Shown in pieces: positions 15,512 through 25,483 of a stretch of DNA of 64,000 bases. The position numbers and the translations under genes are program-made. Location: NCBI GenBank assembly GCA_035513345.1, contig DATKCF010000042.1, positions 20,257-84,256 of the forward strand, in the 5' to 3' direction. The stretch's first letter is position 1. Every line of letters starts with the position of its first letter. The stretch comes from Longimicrobiales bacterium. GTDB lineage: Bacteria > Gemmatimonadota > Gemmatimonadetes > Longimicrobiales > RSA9. Below the pieces are notes generated by a model. It worked only from the letters and a program-made list of their open reading frames with translations. It ran no database searches and was not told where the DNA came from.

Positions 15512-17968
15512 ATGGCCAGACAGCAACGGCCGGCGTCCGTGGATACGCACGCGACCCGCCGTTACCTGCCCGCACTACTCTTCCTCTTCGTGGGAAGCGG
15601 CAGCGCCGCGCTCATCTACGAGATCGTCTGGTTCCAGATGCTCGAGCTGGTGATCGGGTCATCCGGCGTCTCGCTCGGCGTGCTGCTGGGTACGTTCATG
15701 GGTGGAATGTGCATCGGCAGCCTGCTCCTGCCGCGGTTCGTGCCCGCGGGCAAGCACCCGTTGCGCGTCTACGCTGCGCTCGAAGCTGGCATCGGCGTGC
15801 TCGGCGTGCTGCTGCTGTTCACGATCCCGCTGGTCGGTGGCGCCTATAGCAGCATTGTCGGCCACGGCTTCGCCGGTATCCTGCTGCGCGCGTTCCTTTG
15901 CATGCTGCTGTTGCTGCCGCCCACGATCCTGATGGGCGCGACCCTGCCCGCGATCTCGCGATGGGTCGAGACGACACCGCACGGCGTGTCGTGGATGGGC
16001 TTCTTCTACGGCGGCAACATCGCGGGCGCCGTGCTCGGCAGCGTGGCAGCCGGATTCTGGCTGCTTCGCGTCCATGATGCGTGGATCGCCACGTTCGTCG
16101 CGGCCGCAATCAACCTGGCCGTCGCGGCGCTCGGTTGGAGCCTGGCCGCAGTAGCGGGCACGGACGCGGAAGCGGCCGAAACGAGTATCTCGCCGACGCC
16201 CGTGTTCACGCGCGTGTCTCGCCTCGTCTACGCGACCATTGCGCTGTCCGGACTGACCGCGCTCGGTGCACAGGTTGTCTGGACCCGGCTGCTTTCGCTC
16301 CTGCTGGGCGCGACCGTCTACACCTTCTCGATCATCCTTGCCGTGTTCCTGACCGGCCTCGGCATCGGCAGCAGCATCGGCTCGTTCATGGCCAGGTCGC
16401 TGCGGCGACCCCGCCTTGCGCTCGGCATCTGCCAGTTTCTCATTGTTGCATCCATCGCGTGGTCCGCCGCGATGCTCACCCGGTCGCTGCCGTTCTGGCC
16501 CATCAACGTGTCAATCACGGCAAATCCGTGGTTTCTGTTCCAGATGGATCTCGTGCGAACACTGTGGGCAATCTTCCCCGGCACGATCCTCTGGGGCGCC
16601 AGCTTCCCGCTGGCCGTCGCAGCGGCAGCCGAGCGCGGCCAGGATCCGGCCCGCCTCGTCGGCGGCGTTTACGCGGCCAACACGGTCGGCGCCATCGTGG
16701 GTGCGATCGGGTTCGGCATGATCGCCGTGCCGACGATCGGAACGCAGGGCGCGCAGATGCTGCTGATCGCGATCGCGTTCGTTGCGGCCGCACTGATGCT
16801 CGTGCCCGAACTGTTCGCGCGCACTGCGCCCGGCCAGGACAGGAAGCCTGCTCCGGTGGCCGGCCTTGCGTGGGCGGCCATCTGCAGCATTGTCGCCTTC
16901 GGTCTGATCCGTACAGTGGCACCGGTGCCGCCCGTCCTGATTGCGTACGGCCGGTACGCGGCCACATACGATCCGCCCAACGCGTTGTACGTGGGTGAGG
17001 GCATGAACGCGTCCGTTGCCGTGACGGAACTGGCGAACGGCGTCCGCAATTTTCACGTCAGCGGCAAGATCGAGGCATCGACCGAGCCGCAGGACATGCG
17101 GCTGCAGCGCATGCTCGGTCACATCACCGCGCTCCTGCACCCCTCGCCGAAGACCGTGCTCGTGGTCGGGTTCGGCGCGGGCGTAACGGCGGGTACGTTC
17201 ATCGCACACCCGGGCGTCGAACGAATCGTGATCTGCGAGATCGAGCCGCTGATCCCCGACGTCGTCTCGACCTATTTCGGTGAAGTGAACTACGACGTGC
17301 TGAACGATCCGCGCGTCGAAGTAGTCTATGATGATGCGCGACACTTCATTCTTACCACGGACGAGACGTTCGACGTCATCACGAGCGACCCGATCCACCC
17401 CTGGGTGAAGGGCGCCGCCACGCTGTACAGCACGGAGTACTTCGAACTCGCGAAAGCGCACCTCAATCCCGGCGGCGTCATGACACAGTGGGTGCCGCTG
17501 TACGAGAGCACCGAGGACGTCGTCCAGAGTGAGATCGCCACGTTCTTCGAGGTATTTCCGAACGGCACCATATGGGGCAACGACATCAACGGCAGCGGCT
17601 ACGATATTGTCCTTGCGGGTCACGCCGAGCCGGCCGCCATTGACCTCGACGCGATGGAAGCACGCATGAGCCGGCCAGACCACGCTTTCGTCGCACGGTC
17701 CCTCGCCGAGGTCGGATTCTGGAACTGGATCGATCTGTTCTCGACCTACGCCGGCCGGGCCAGCGACCTCTCGCCATGGCTCGCCGGCGCCGAGATCAAC
17801 CGTGATCGCAGCCTCCACCTCATGTACCTGGCCGGCATGGCACCCAACGTGTACGAGAATGCGCAGATCTACTCCAACATGCTCCGCTACCGGCGGTTTC
17901 CGGAGGATCTGTTCACCGGGTCGGCCGCTTTGAGGGACGGTCTGCGCGCGAATCTTCTCGGGGAGTGA
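15512..17968 (+). CDS. Fused polytopic membrane domain / spermidine-synthase-like aminopropyltransferase
   Basis: ATG at 15512. About 500 aa of hydrophobic helices are followed by a class-I methyltransferase/spermidine-synthase-like domain (VLVVGFGAGVTAG ... VITSDPIHPWVKGAATLYSTEYF). Confidence 0.82.
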   Translation: MARQQRPASVDTHATRRYLPALLFLFVGSGSAALIYEIVWFQMLELVIGSSGVSLGVLLGTFMGGMCIGSLLLPRFVPAGKHPLRVYAALEAGIGVLGVLLLFTIPLVGGAYSSIVGHGFAGILLRAFLCMLLLLPPTILMGATLPAISRWVETTPHGVSWMGFFYGGNIAGAVLGSVAAGFWLLRVHDAWIATFVAAAINLAVAALGWSLAAVAGTDAEAAETSISPTPVFTRVSRLVYATIALSGLTALGAQVVWTRLLSLLLGATVYTFSIILAVFLTGLGIGSSIGSFMARSLRRPRLALGICQFLIVASIAWSAAMLTRSLPFWPINVSITANPWFLFQMDLVRTLWAIFPGTILWGASFPLAVAAAAERGQDPARLVGGVYAANTVGAIVGAIGFGMIAVPTIGTQGAQMLLIAIAFVAAALMLVPELFARTAPGQDRKPAPVAGLAWAAICSIVAFGLIRTVAPVPPVLIAYGRYAATYDPPNALYVGEGMNASVAVTELANGVRNFHVSGKIEASTEPQDMRLQRMLGHITALLHPSPKTVLVVGFGAGVTAGTFIAHPGVERIVICEIEPLIPDVVSTYFGEVNYDVLNDPRVEVVYDDARHFILTTDETFDVITSDPIHPWVKGAATLYSTEYFELAKAHLNPGGVMTQWVPLYESTEDVVQSEIATFFEVFPNGTIWGNDINGSGYDIVLAGHAEPAAIDLDAMEARMSRPDHAFVARSLAEVGFWNWIDLFSTYAGRASDLSPWLAGAEINRDRSLHLMYLAGMAPNVYENAQIYSNMLRYRRFPEDLFTGSAALRDGLRANLLGE

Positions 17969-17991
17969 GCCCCGACCGTTGCCCCCTTTTC

Positions 17992-18684
17992 ATGGAGTCC
18001 GCAGTGAAGACGAATCTGTCATTTGCATATCCGACGCTGGCAGTTCTCCTGCCGGTTGCCGTTTTCCTCGGCTGGCGGCAGCAGCCGCCGGAACCGGCCT
18101 TGCCGGATCGAGTCGCGGCGGTCGTGCCGGCGCCACTCGAGCGTGAGTTTCGGCTCGTCGTTGCGGAGGATGGCAATGAAGTCCGGTACCGGGTGAGGGA
18201 GCAGCTCGCGCGTATCGAGTTTCCGAGTGACGCCGTGGGTGCCACGACCGCGGTGACGGGTGCGCTCGTGATAGCGGATGACGGCTCGGTCATGCGCGAT
18301 GCATCGAGGTTCGTGGTCGACCTGACGGGACTGAAGAGCGACAGTGACAGGCGAGATGGCTACATCCAGCGGCGCACGCTCGAAACAGAGACGTATCCGA
18401 ACGTCGAGTTCGCGCCCACGGCCATCACGGGGCTTGCGACGCCGCCGCAGTCGATGGGCGATCTGACGCTCACCGTCGTCGGCGACATGACGATTCACGG
18501 CACGACGAAGCCGGTAACGTGGGCTGTGACTGCGCGAGCGGCGGACGGCGACTACACGGGCACGGCGAAGACGGCGTTCACGTTCGAGGACTTCGGTCTG
18601 ACGAAGCCGCGGGTCGCGTCCGTGCTGAGTGTGGTCGACACGATCCGACTCGAGTACGATTTCAGGCTGGTCCCGCAGCGGTAA
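17992..18684 (+). CDS. YceI-like periplasmic protein
   Basis: YceI-type motifs (SDRRDGYIQRRTLETETYPNVEF, GDMTIHGTTKPVTW). ATG at 17992. An alternative GTG at 17965 would overlap the upstream stop as GTGA. Confidence 0.78.
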   Translation: MESAVKTNLSFAYPTLAVLLPVAVFLGWRQQPPEPALPDRVAAVVPAPLEREFRLVVAEDGNEVRYRVREQLARIEFPSDAVGATTAVTGALVIADDGSVMRDASRFVVDLTGLKSDSDRRDGYIQRRTLETETYPNVEFAPTAITGLATPPQSMGDLTLTVVGDMTIHGTTKPVTWAVTARAADGDYTGTAKTAFTFEDFGLTKPRVASVLSVVDTIRLEYDFRLVPQR

Positions 18685-18749
18685 ACATCGCGGCGAGCCG
18701 TCAGCATTGACTGCCGGGTTGGAAGCGACGACAGCACGGTCCTGAATCG

Positions 18750-18785
18750 AAAACCGGGGCTGACCTCGATCGAGGCCAGCCCCGG
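18750..18785 (-). terminator. Rho-independent terminator for the metalloprotease gene
   Basis: Read on the minus strand: CCGGGGCTGGCCTCGA/TCGAGGTCAGCCCCGG hairpin (9+4 bp stem with one mismatch) followed by TTTT. It starts 24 nt after the stop at 18809 and lies between convergent genes. Confidence 0.55.
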
Positions 18786-18808
18786 CCTGGTTCTCCTGCA
18801 GGTCCCGG

Positions 18809-21307
18809 TCAGTCGTTGCCGAGGATCCTGTCGATCTCCATCACAACGTCACGCAGGTGCAGCCTGGTCATGGCATCGCCTGCGCGGCCGACCGCGTTCT
18901 GTACGGCCTGACGCAGGTCGACGAGGTGTCCGCGCATCGCGGGCCTGACGTCGGAGATGAAGTTGGCGGCGCCGCCGCCACCGCCGCCACCGCCAGCCGG
19001 TGCTTCGGCGGCTGGCTCTTCAGGCACCACGAGTTCCTCGATGGCTTCGATGTAGGCGCGCTGGAGGTTCCGCCTGTATACGTTGATGCGGATGTTCTGG
19101 CCGGACAGTTCCGACCAGACGCCCGCTCGCGTGCCATCGAGCAGATCGGCGATCGTATAGGACTGGCCGGCGGGCATCAGCGCCTCGTACTCGATCAGCC
19201 GGTTCAGGCGGTTCAAGTTGAACAGACCGTTGATCACTCCTGCCTGGGCCTGGCGGATTCGTGCGACCTGGCCTTCCGCCTGAATGCGGAACAGTATCTC
19301 GTCGTCTAGCAGGAACTCCGGTACCAGGAATGCGTTCTGCCTCAGGTATGCAAGGGCTTCCACCTGCCTGGCCTTCGTTGTGGGCGCGAAGCGCGGACCG
19401 GTGCCGTAGCGCTCCTGCGTTTCGGCGCTGCCGACGATCGCGGCTACGTGGCCGTTGTAGCGGCCCCACTGGCTCACGATGTTGCCGTACAGTTCGTTGA
19501 GCAGAGAGTAGTCCTTGCCCGGTCTCTCGGCGACACGGATCAGCATGCCCGCGACACGCTCGAGATTGCGCATGCCGAGCCCGCTCGACTTGACCGCGTC
19601 CTCGTCACCGACAGCCTCGGTGAGGTTGAACGGGTCGTTCGGCGAATCACTGGTCGTGAACCGGAACCACGGGACCGTGTCCTGCATCCGCGACCACTGA
19701 TCCAGCGTTGCCCATTCCTCGTCCGGCGTGTGCGCCCCCGGGATCGGCTTGTGGCCCCACATTACGACGAACTTGTCGTAAGGCCCCACGCGCGGGATCA
19801 GCAGTTCGGGCGGGATGTTGTCCTCCGGTTGCACGACGTAGTTGAAGCGCGAATAGTCCATGAGCGTCGCGACGTGACCGCCCATGCGCCGCAGGAACGC
19901 CTCGCTGCGAATACTGTCCGCCGGATACATCGCACTGGCCTTCATGTTGTGCGGATAGCCGATCGAGTGGCCCACCTCATGGGCCACGACGTACTCGACG
20001 AGTTCGCCCATCAGCGAGTCCGGCAGCGGCAGGTTCTGTACGCGCGGATCGAGCGGGCCGACCTGTGTGAAGTACCAGTTGCGCAGCAGATTCTGCACAT
20101 TGTGGAACATGTTGACCTCGCCCTTGATGATCTGGCCGGAGCGAGGGTCGACGGTCTGACCGCCTGTTGCGTTCTGCGTGCCGGACGGCCGCCAGTAGAT
20201 GATCGAGTGGCGTGCGTCCCAGATGCGCCAGTCGGGATCGTCCGCAGGTGGGTTCAGGCCGAGAATCGCGTTGCTGAAGCCGGCCTCCTCGAACGCGGGC
20301 TGCCATGCCTCGATGCCGCTCTTGATCCACGGCTTGAGCCAGTCGGGCGTGGCCGGATCGATGTAGTAGATGATCGGCTCGACCGGGTCCGACACGGCGG
20401 CCGCCGGATTCCGCTTCTCCAGCTTGAACCGGCGGATGTAGCGGCGCTCCTCGGCGCGGTGCTCAGGCCGGCTGAAGTCGATGTACGTGATCGAGTTGAA
20501 GCCGACACGCGCGTCATGCAGCCTCGGCATCATCGGTGTTTCGGTCAGCTTGTAGATGCTGTAGTGCATGGGCACGCTCACGGCGACCTGGGCACCGCCA
20601 GGGGCGGCAGCACCTCCGCGGCCGCCGCGGCCACCGGCTGCTGGTGGAGCCTGGTTGGCCGTCTGCACCGCTTCCACGTTGACGACATCCGGATACGCCG
20701 ACACGTGCTCGATGAAGCTGCGGTCGGTCTGAACGCTCGCGATGCCGGCGAGTTCCGTGATGTTGGACGTGAAAAGCCGTGTCGCGTCGATCACGGCGGC
20801 GCTGTCCGGACCCCATGACTCGACGTTGAAGCTGGCAATGATGCCACCCGTCCGGATCGGCTCGACCGCCTGTGCGATCGCGCTCGACGGATCGGCCGTC
20901 TGGTTGTAGGCCATCCGGCGCAGCAGGATCCGGTTGCCTTCACGCTCGAACCGCACGAACACGTTACGGTTGGTGCCGGAACCGAAGGCCCTCGACCGGC
21001 CGAGGATCAGCATGTCCTTGCCGAACTCGCTTTGCGGGATCTCGAAGAAGAGGTCGTCACCGATGCGGTGCGCCTTGAACAGCCCGGCCACAGACCTCGC
21101 CTCGGCCGTGATGACGCGGTTGTACGCACGTGGCTGGGCAGCCGCGCCACCGCCGCGACCACCTTGCCCGCCCGCGCGGCCCTGCGCCGCTGTATCGGTC
21201 TGGGCCGGCGAGGGCGCCGCCGGTTCGGGGCTCCGCGAGCACGCCGCCACCGCGACGATCGTGACCGCGAACGCCATCATTCGCATGGGCTGGTTCGAGC
21301 GACTCAT
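18809..21307 (-). CDS. Secreted zinc-dependent metalloprotease (met-zincin, DUF5117/DUF4953-like)
   Basis: ATG at 21307 gives MSRSNQPMRMMAFAVTIVAVAAC (lipobox-like). Zinc motif VAHEVGHSIGYPHNMKAS. 832 aa. Confidence 0.86.
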   Translation of the reverse strand: MSRSNQPMRMMAFAVTIVAVAACSRSPEPAAPSPAQTDTAAQGRAGGQGGRGGGAAAQPRAYNRVITAEARSVAGLFKAHRIGDDLFFEIPQSEFGKDMLILGRSRAFGSGTNRNVFVRFEREGNRILLRRMAYNQTADPSSAIAQAVEPIRTGGIIASFNVESWGPDSAAVIDATRLFTSNITELAGIASVQTDRSFIEHVSAYPDVVNVEAVQTANQAPPAAGGRGGRGGAAAPGGAQVAVSVPMHYSIYKLTETPMMPRLHDARVGFNSITYIDFSRPEHRAEERRYIRRFKLEKRNPAAAVSDPVEPIIYYIDPATPDWLKPWIKSGIEAWQPAFEEAGFSNAILGLNPPADDPDWRIWDARHSIIYWRPSGTQNATGGQTVDPRSGQIIKGEVNMFHNVQNLLRNWYFTQVGPLDPRVQNLPLPDSLMGELVEYVVAHEVGHSIGYPHNMKASAMYPADSIRSEAFLRRMGGHVATLMDYSRFNYVVQPEDNIPPELLIPRVGPYDKFVVMWGHKPIPGAHTPDEEWATLDQWSRMQDTVPWFRFTTSDSPNDPFNLTEAVGDEDAVKSSGLGMRNLERVAGMLIRVAERPGKDYSLLNELYGNIVSQWGRYNGHVAAIVGSAETQERYGTGPRFAPTTKARQVEALAYLRQNAFLVPEFLLDDEILFRIQAEGQVARIRQAQAGVINGLFNLNRLNRLIEYEALMPAGQSYTIADLLDGTRAGVWSELSGQNIRINVYRRNLQRAYIEAIEELVVPEEPAAEAPAGGGGGGGGAANFISDVRPAMRGHLVDLRQAVQNAVGRAGDAMTRLHLRDVVMEIDRILGND

Positions 21308-21599
21308 GTTCTCACTCCGGTATCGGGTAGGAACGGGTTCCGCTTCGGCATTGAACGGCAGCGGGTACATCGGGTTTTTCAGGTCCGCACATCGGTTTCC
21401 AGACCCGGGGGCCGGTAAGATCGCGATGCATGCCATTGTTGTAAAGGCGAGATGCGCCGACATCGGGTACGGACGCGTCCCTGGCGGCGCATCCTTACAT
21501 GGAACATACATTCACCGTACGGCTTCCGATCGGCAGGTCGTTGCGGCTGCCACCGTGTCGGCTCTACGATGGACGGTCCTCAATCGGTAGATTGCGTTG

Positions 21600-23321
21600 A
21601 TGAGACCCGGATCGTTCCTGCCATCGTTCGACCGGCGTCGCCGGCTGCTGCCCGGCACGACGCTGCTGGTGCCGCTGCTGGCGGCCACGCTGGGGCTGGC
21701 CGTGTATCTGGGCTGGCAGGCCATCGATGCGGTACGCTCGCACCGGACGGCTGCGGAGTCAGCATTGCGCGACTACGGGCGCATGGCGGCGTGGCAGTAC
21801 GCAGGCATTGTGAAGGACGAGCTCGACGGTGTGTTCCACGACCTGATGAGCGACGTTCCGCGGGTCCGGCGGACCGGGCGGCCCAACGGCTATCGCGGAA
21901 CGGACGAGTGGATCATCGCCGAGATGCGTGAAGAGATGCGCGACCTGCGGTGCGCATGTCCGACGCTGCGCGATCCGGCGCTGGTATTCAAGGCGCAGAT
22001 CGAGTCCCGGCAAACCACGGCGTTCGGAGAGACGAGCGTGTCGGCAGGAGCGCTGACCCGCCTCGCGGACGCGCTGGCGGAGCGGTACGACGAGCTGTAC
22101 CGTCACCGCTACGCGGTCGTGTCGCTGGCACCGGGCACGGTTCTGGACGGTGCGACTGCGGTTGCGTACGCGGCGACAGAGGAACAGGACGGCAGCATCA
22201 CGCTGTTCGGGTTTGCGACGCCGGTCGCGGCATGGGGCGAGTTGTTCGACTCCTGGTTCGACCGCGCTCCACTGCTGCCGCCCGCGATCACCGGAGATCT
22301 GCCCAACGACTCGTTGTTGCACGTGATCGTCAGCGGTCCGTACGGCGAGATCGTGTTCGAGTCCACAGCGTCGTTTTCTCCCGCGCTCAGCGCGTTCGAC
22401 ACGCTGGTTCACGAGTTCGGCCCGTTCGTCGTAGGCGCCGCCGTGCGGCCTGACGCGGCTGCCCGGCTCATCATCGGTGGGTTGCCACAGTCGAAACTGC
22501 CACTGATCCTGGGCCTGCTGCTGTTGACGGTGCTGGTCGGGTTCGCCGCACTGTTCCAGCTCGCTCGCGAGCGACAGCTGGCTCGTCTTCGTGACGACTT
22601 CGTTTCCGGCGTGAGTCACGAGCTGCGGACGCCGCTGGCGCAGATCCGGATGTTTGCCGAACTTCAGGAATCGGGGAAGCTGCGATCGGAAGAGGATCGA
22701 GCGCGCGCGATCTCGGTGATTCACCGCGAATCGCGACGCCTGACGCACCTGGTCGACAACATCCTGCGCTTCTCGCGACTGCGGCGCGCCATCGCGACAC
22801 GGCTTCTGCGCGGCGAGATCCAGGTCGATTCCGCCGTCCACGATCTCATCGAAGGGTTTCAGCCGCTCGCGAACGCGCGTGGCATGGCCATCGAATCGCG
22901 CGTCGATCCCGGTCTCGCCATTGTAGCGAACGCCGACGCGCTCAACCAGATGTTGCTCAACATGCTCGACAACGCGGTCAAGTACGGGCCGCGCGGCCAG
23001 GTCATCGCGCTGGACGTCGAGCGCAGGCGAGACACCGCCGTGTTCACGATTCAGGATCAGGGCCCCGGCATCCCGGCAACGGAACGGCGTCGCATATGGG
23101 ATCCCTACTACCGTCTTGGCCGGGATCGTGAGTCACCCGCGCCCGGCACCGGCATCGGGCTGGCCGTCGTGGCGCAGCTCGCGGAGCTCAACGGCGGTGG
23201 CGTGTCAGTCGACGACGCACCCGGTGGCGGCGCCCGGTTCACGCTGCGGCTTCCCGCCGTGCCGGCATCGCCGCCGTTGTCATCGTCGCGCTCGACGGAC
23301 CGGCAGGAGGTCGGTGCGTGA
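21600..23321 (+). CDS. Sensor histidine kinase (HisKA/HATPase_c) with a periplasmic sensor domain
   Basis: Two TM segments flank a ~270-aa sensor region. H-box VSHELRTPLAQI, N-box LDNAVKYGP, G-boxes DQGPGI and GTGIGLAVV. Confidence 0.88.
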   Translation: MRPGSFLPSFDRRRRLLPGTTLLVPLLAATLGLAVYLGWQAIDAVRSHRTAAESALRDYGRMAAWQYAGIVKDELDGVFHDLMSDVPRVRRTGRPNGYRGTDEWIIAEMREEMRDLRCACPTLRDPALVFKAQIESRQTTAFGETSVSAGALTRLADALAERYDELYRHRYAVVSLAPGTVLDGATAVAYAATEEQDGSITLFGFATPVAAWGELFDSWFDRAPLLPPAITGDLPNDSLLHVIVSGPYGEIVFESTASFSPALSAFDTLVHEFGPFVVGAAVRPDAAARLIIGGLPQSKLPLILGLLLLTVLVGFAALFQLARERQLARLRDDFVSGVSHELRTPLAQIRMFAELQESGKLRSEEDRARAISVIHRESRRLTHLVDNILRFSRLRRAIATRLLRGEIQVDSAVHDLIEGFQPLANARGMAIESRVDPGLAIVANADALNQMLLNMLDNAVKYGPRGQVIALDVERRRDTAVFTIQDQGPGIPATERRRIWDPYYRLGRDRESPAPGTGIGLAVVAQLAELNGGGVSVDDAPGGGARFTLRLPAVPASPPLSSSRSTDRQEVGA

Positions 23322-24004
23322 ACCGCGTCCTGATCATCGAGGACAACGAGGACCTTGCCTTCGGCCTGCGCACGGCGCTCGAGTTCGAAGGGTATGCGGT
23401 GAACGTCGCCGGTGACGGCAAGGTCGGTCTCGAAGCCGTAGTCGCCGACCCGCCCGACCTCGTGGTCCTCGACCTCATGCTGCCCGGCCTGGACGGGTAC
23501 GCCGTGCTGCGCGAGCTGAGGCAACGGGGCGTCCACGTGCCCGTTCTGATCCTGACGGCGCGCGGCGAGGAAGCGGACGTAGTGCTGGGCTTCGACTGCG
23601 GTGCCGACGACTACGTCACCAAGCCATTCAGCACCGCCGAACTGCTGGCCCGTGCGCGCGCATTGCTGCGCCGGTCCGGCATGAACGCGACCGGCCAGCC
23701 CGAGACGGAGCGGTTCGGCGAAATCGAGGTGGACCCCGCGGCAAGGACGGTCAACGCGGAAGGACGGCAGGTAGACCTCTCGCCCAAGGAGTTCGATCTC
23801 CTGCTCGTGCTCCTGCGCCGGCGAGGCGCCACCGCGACTCGTGCCGAACTGCTCAAGGAAGTCTGGCGCTACGAGAACACCGACGTGATGACGCGGACCG
23901 TCGACATCCACGTCGCCGAATTGCGCCGCAAGCTCGAAGCCGATCCCTCGAATCCCCGTCACATCCTTACGGTCCGCAAGGTCGGATACCGGCTCAAGCC
24001 GTGA
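23318..24004 (+). CDS. OmpR/PhoB-family response regulator
   Basis: GTGA overlap with the kinase gene. Receiver motifs (LIIEDN, DLVVLDLMLPGLDG, KPF) and a winged-helix C-terminus (LSPKEFDLLLVL...VRKVGYRL). Confidence 0.92.
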   Translation: MNRVLIIEDNEDLAFGLRTALEFEGYAVNVAGDGKVGLEAVVADPPDLVVLDLMLPGLDGYAVLRELRQRGVHVPVLILTARGEEADVVLGFDCGADDYVTKPFSTAELLARARALLRRSGMNATGQPETERFGEIEVDPAARTVNAEGRQVDLSPKEFDLLLVLLRRRGATATRAELLKEVWRYENTDVMTRTVDIHVAELRRKLEADPSNPRHILTVRKVGYRLKP

Positions 24005-24010
24005 TGCTGC

Positions 24011-24060
24011 CGGACACGTTCCTTACAATCCGGACGGATTCCTTACGACACCCGGACGAC
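24011..24060 (+). promoter_or_regulatory. Tandem 20-bp direct repeats (candidate response-regulator box)
   Basis: CGGACacgTTCCTTACaAtC / CGGACggaTTCCTTACgAcaC / CCGGACGAC. The TTCCTTAC cores sit at 24019 and 24039, exactly 20 bp apart. The repeats lie between the RR stop and the next gene. Confidence 0.3.
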
Positions 24061-24161
24061 AGTCCGTTGTGCCGCGGATTGGCGTACGGATACCTTTGGA
24101 GATGACACGCCGCACGGACGCAAACCGTGCGGCGTGATCACGAAACAGGGAGACTTCGGGC

Positions 24162-25469
24162 ATGCTGCTGTCGAACAGAATAAATTGGATCATACGACTC
24201 ACCGTCGTGCTGGCGGCCGCGACGTTTTTCGCCGAGCCTGCGGCGGCGCAGGAGCCGGACACGGCAGCCTCTTCGGCACTGCGTGTCTACCTCGACTGCC
24301 GGCGGTGCGATTTCGACCATTTCAGGCGTGAAGTGACGTTCGTCGACTACATGCGCGACCAGGGGACGGCGGAGGTCCACGTACTGGTTACGTCTCAGGG
24401 CACCGGCGCGGGTGGCCAGCAGTACTCGTTCTTCTTCATTGGCGAAGAGCGATTCGCGGGCAGGCAGGACACGCTGTACTTCACGTCCAGTCAGGACATG
24501 ACGGACGATGAAGTGCGGACGGGCCTGACGCGGACGTTTGCGCTCGGACTCGTGCCATACGCTGCCAGGACCAGCCTGCGCAGAGGAATGGCGGTATTGT
24601 ACGAACGTGGCGAGGCTGCGGACGGCGCGCGTTCGACGATGCAGGTCGATCCGTGGAAACTGTGGGTTTTCCAGACGCGACTAGGCGGGTCGGTCGAAGG
24701 GGAGAGTCGCCAGAGTTCGGTCTCGATGGATGGCTCGCTGTCGGCGAACCGGACGACCGAGGCCATGAAGGCGGACTTGAACGTGAACGCTCGCTACGAG
24801 GAAGAACACTTCGAATTGAGCAGTGGCGAGGAGATCACGAGCCTCACGCGTAACGCCACCCTGCGATCGACGATCGTGTTCTCGCTGAGTCCGCACTGGT
24901 CGGCGGGATTCCGCGCGACGGCCGAGACGTCGACGCGCTCGAACCACGATCTGTCGCTGCGCGCATCGCCGGCCATCGAATACAACATCTACCCGTATGC
25001 GGAATCGACGCGTCGCCAGATCACTTTCATGTACACGCTCGGGCCGGTCTATTTCCGCTACGATGAGGAGACGCTGTTCCGCGAGACCGAGGAACTGAGA
25101 GTGCAACAGAGTCTCGACGTTTCGGCGAGCTTCCGGCAGCCGTGGGGCGACCTCAACCTCTCTGTCGAGGGCAGCAACTACATGCATGATTGGGAGCGGC
25201 ACCGCGTCGAGCTGGACGGCGGTCTCGACATTCGCCTGTTCCGCGGTTTTAGCCTCGACGTCCGCGGCAGCGTGGCCCGCATCAAGGACCAGCTCAACGT
25301 GCCACTGGAGGATGTCAGTGACGAGGACATCCTGCTCGAGCTTCGCGAGCTGGGCACGGACTTCGAGTACGAGTTCAACATCGGTATCAGATACACGTTC
25401 GGCTCCGCCTTCAACAACGTGGTCAATCCGCGGATGTGGCGAGACGGTAGGGGGGGCGGGTTCTTCTGA
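24162..25469 (+). CDS. Secreted / outer-membrane-like hypothetical protein
   Basis: Signal peptide MLLSNRINWIIRLTVVLAAATFFAEPAAAQE. The C-terminal two thirds show alternating beta-strand-like patterns. I recognised no family. Confidence 0.6.
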   Translation: MLLSNRINWIIRLTVVLAAATFFAEPAAAQEPDTAASSALRVYLDCRRCDFDHFRREVTFVDYMRDQGTAEVHVLVTSQGTGAGGQQYSFFFIGEERFAGRQDTLYFTSSQDMTDDEVRTGLTRTFALGLVPYAARTSLRRGMAVLYERGEAADGARSTMQVDPWKLWVFQTRLGGSVEGESRQSSVSMDGSLSANRTTEAMKADLNVNARYEEEHFELSSGEEITSLTRNATLRSTIVFSLSPHWSAGFRATAETSTRSNHDLSLRASPAIEYNIYPYAESTRRQITFMYTLGPVYFRYDEETLFRETEELRVQQSLDVSASFRQPWGDLNLSVEGSNYMHDWERHRVELDGGLDIRLFRGFSLDVRGSVARIKDQLNVPLEDVSDEDILLELRELGTDFEYEFNIGIRYTFGSAFNNVVNPRMWRDGRGGGFF

Positions 25470-25483
25470 TCAGGCCGCTTGCT

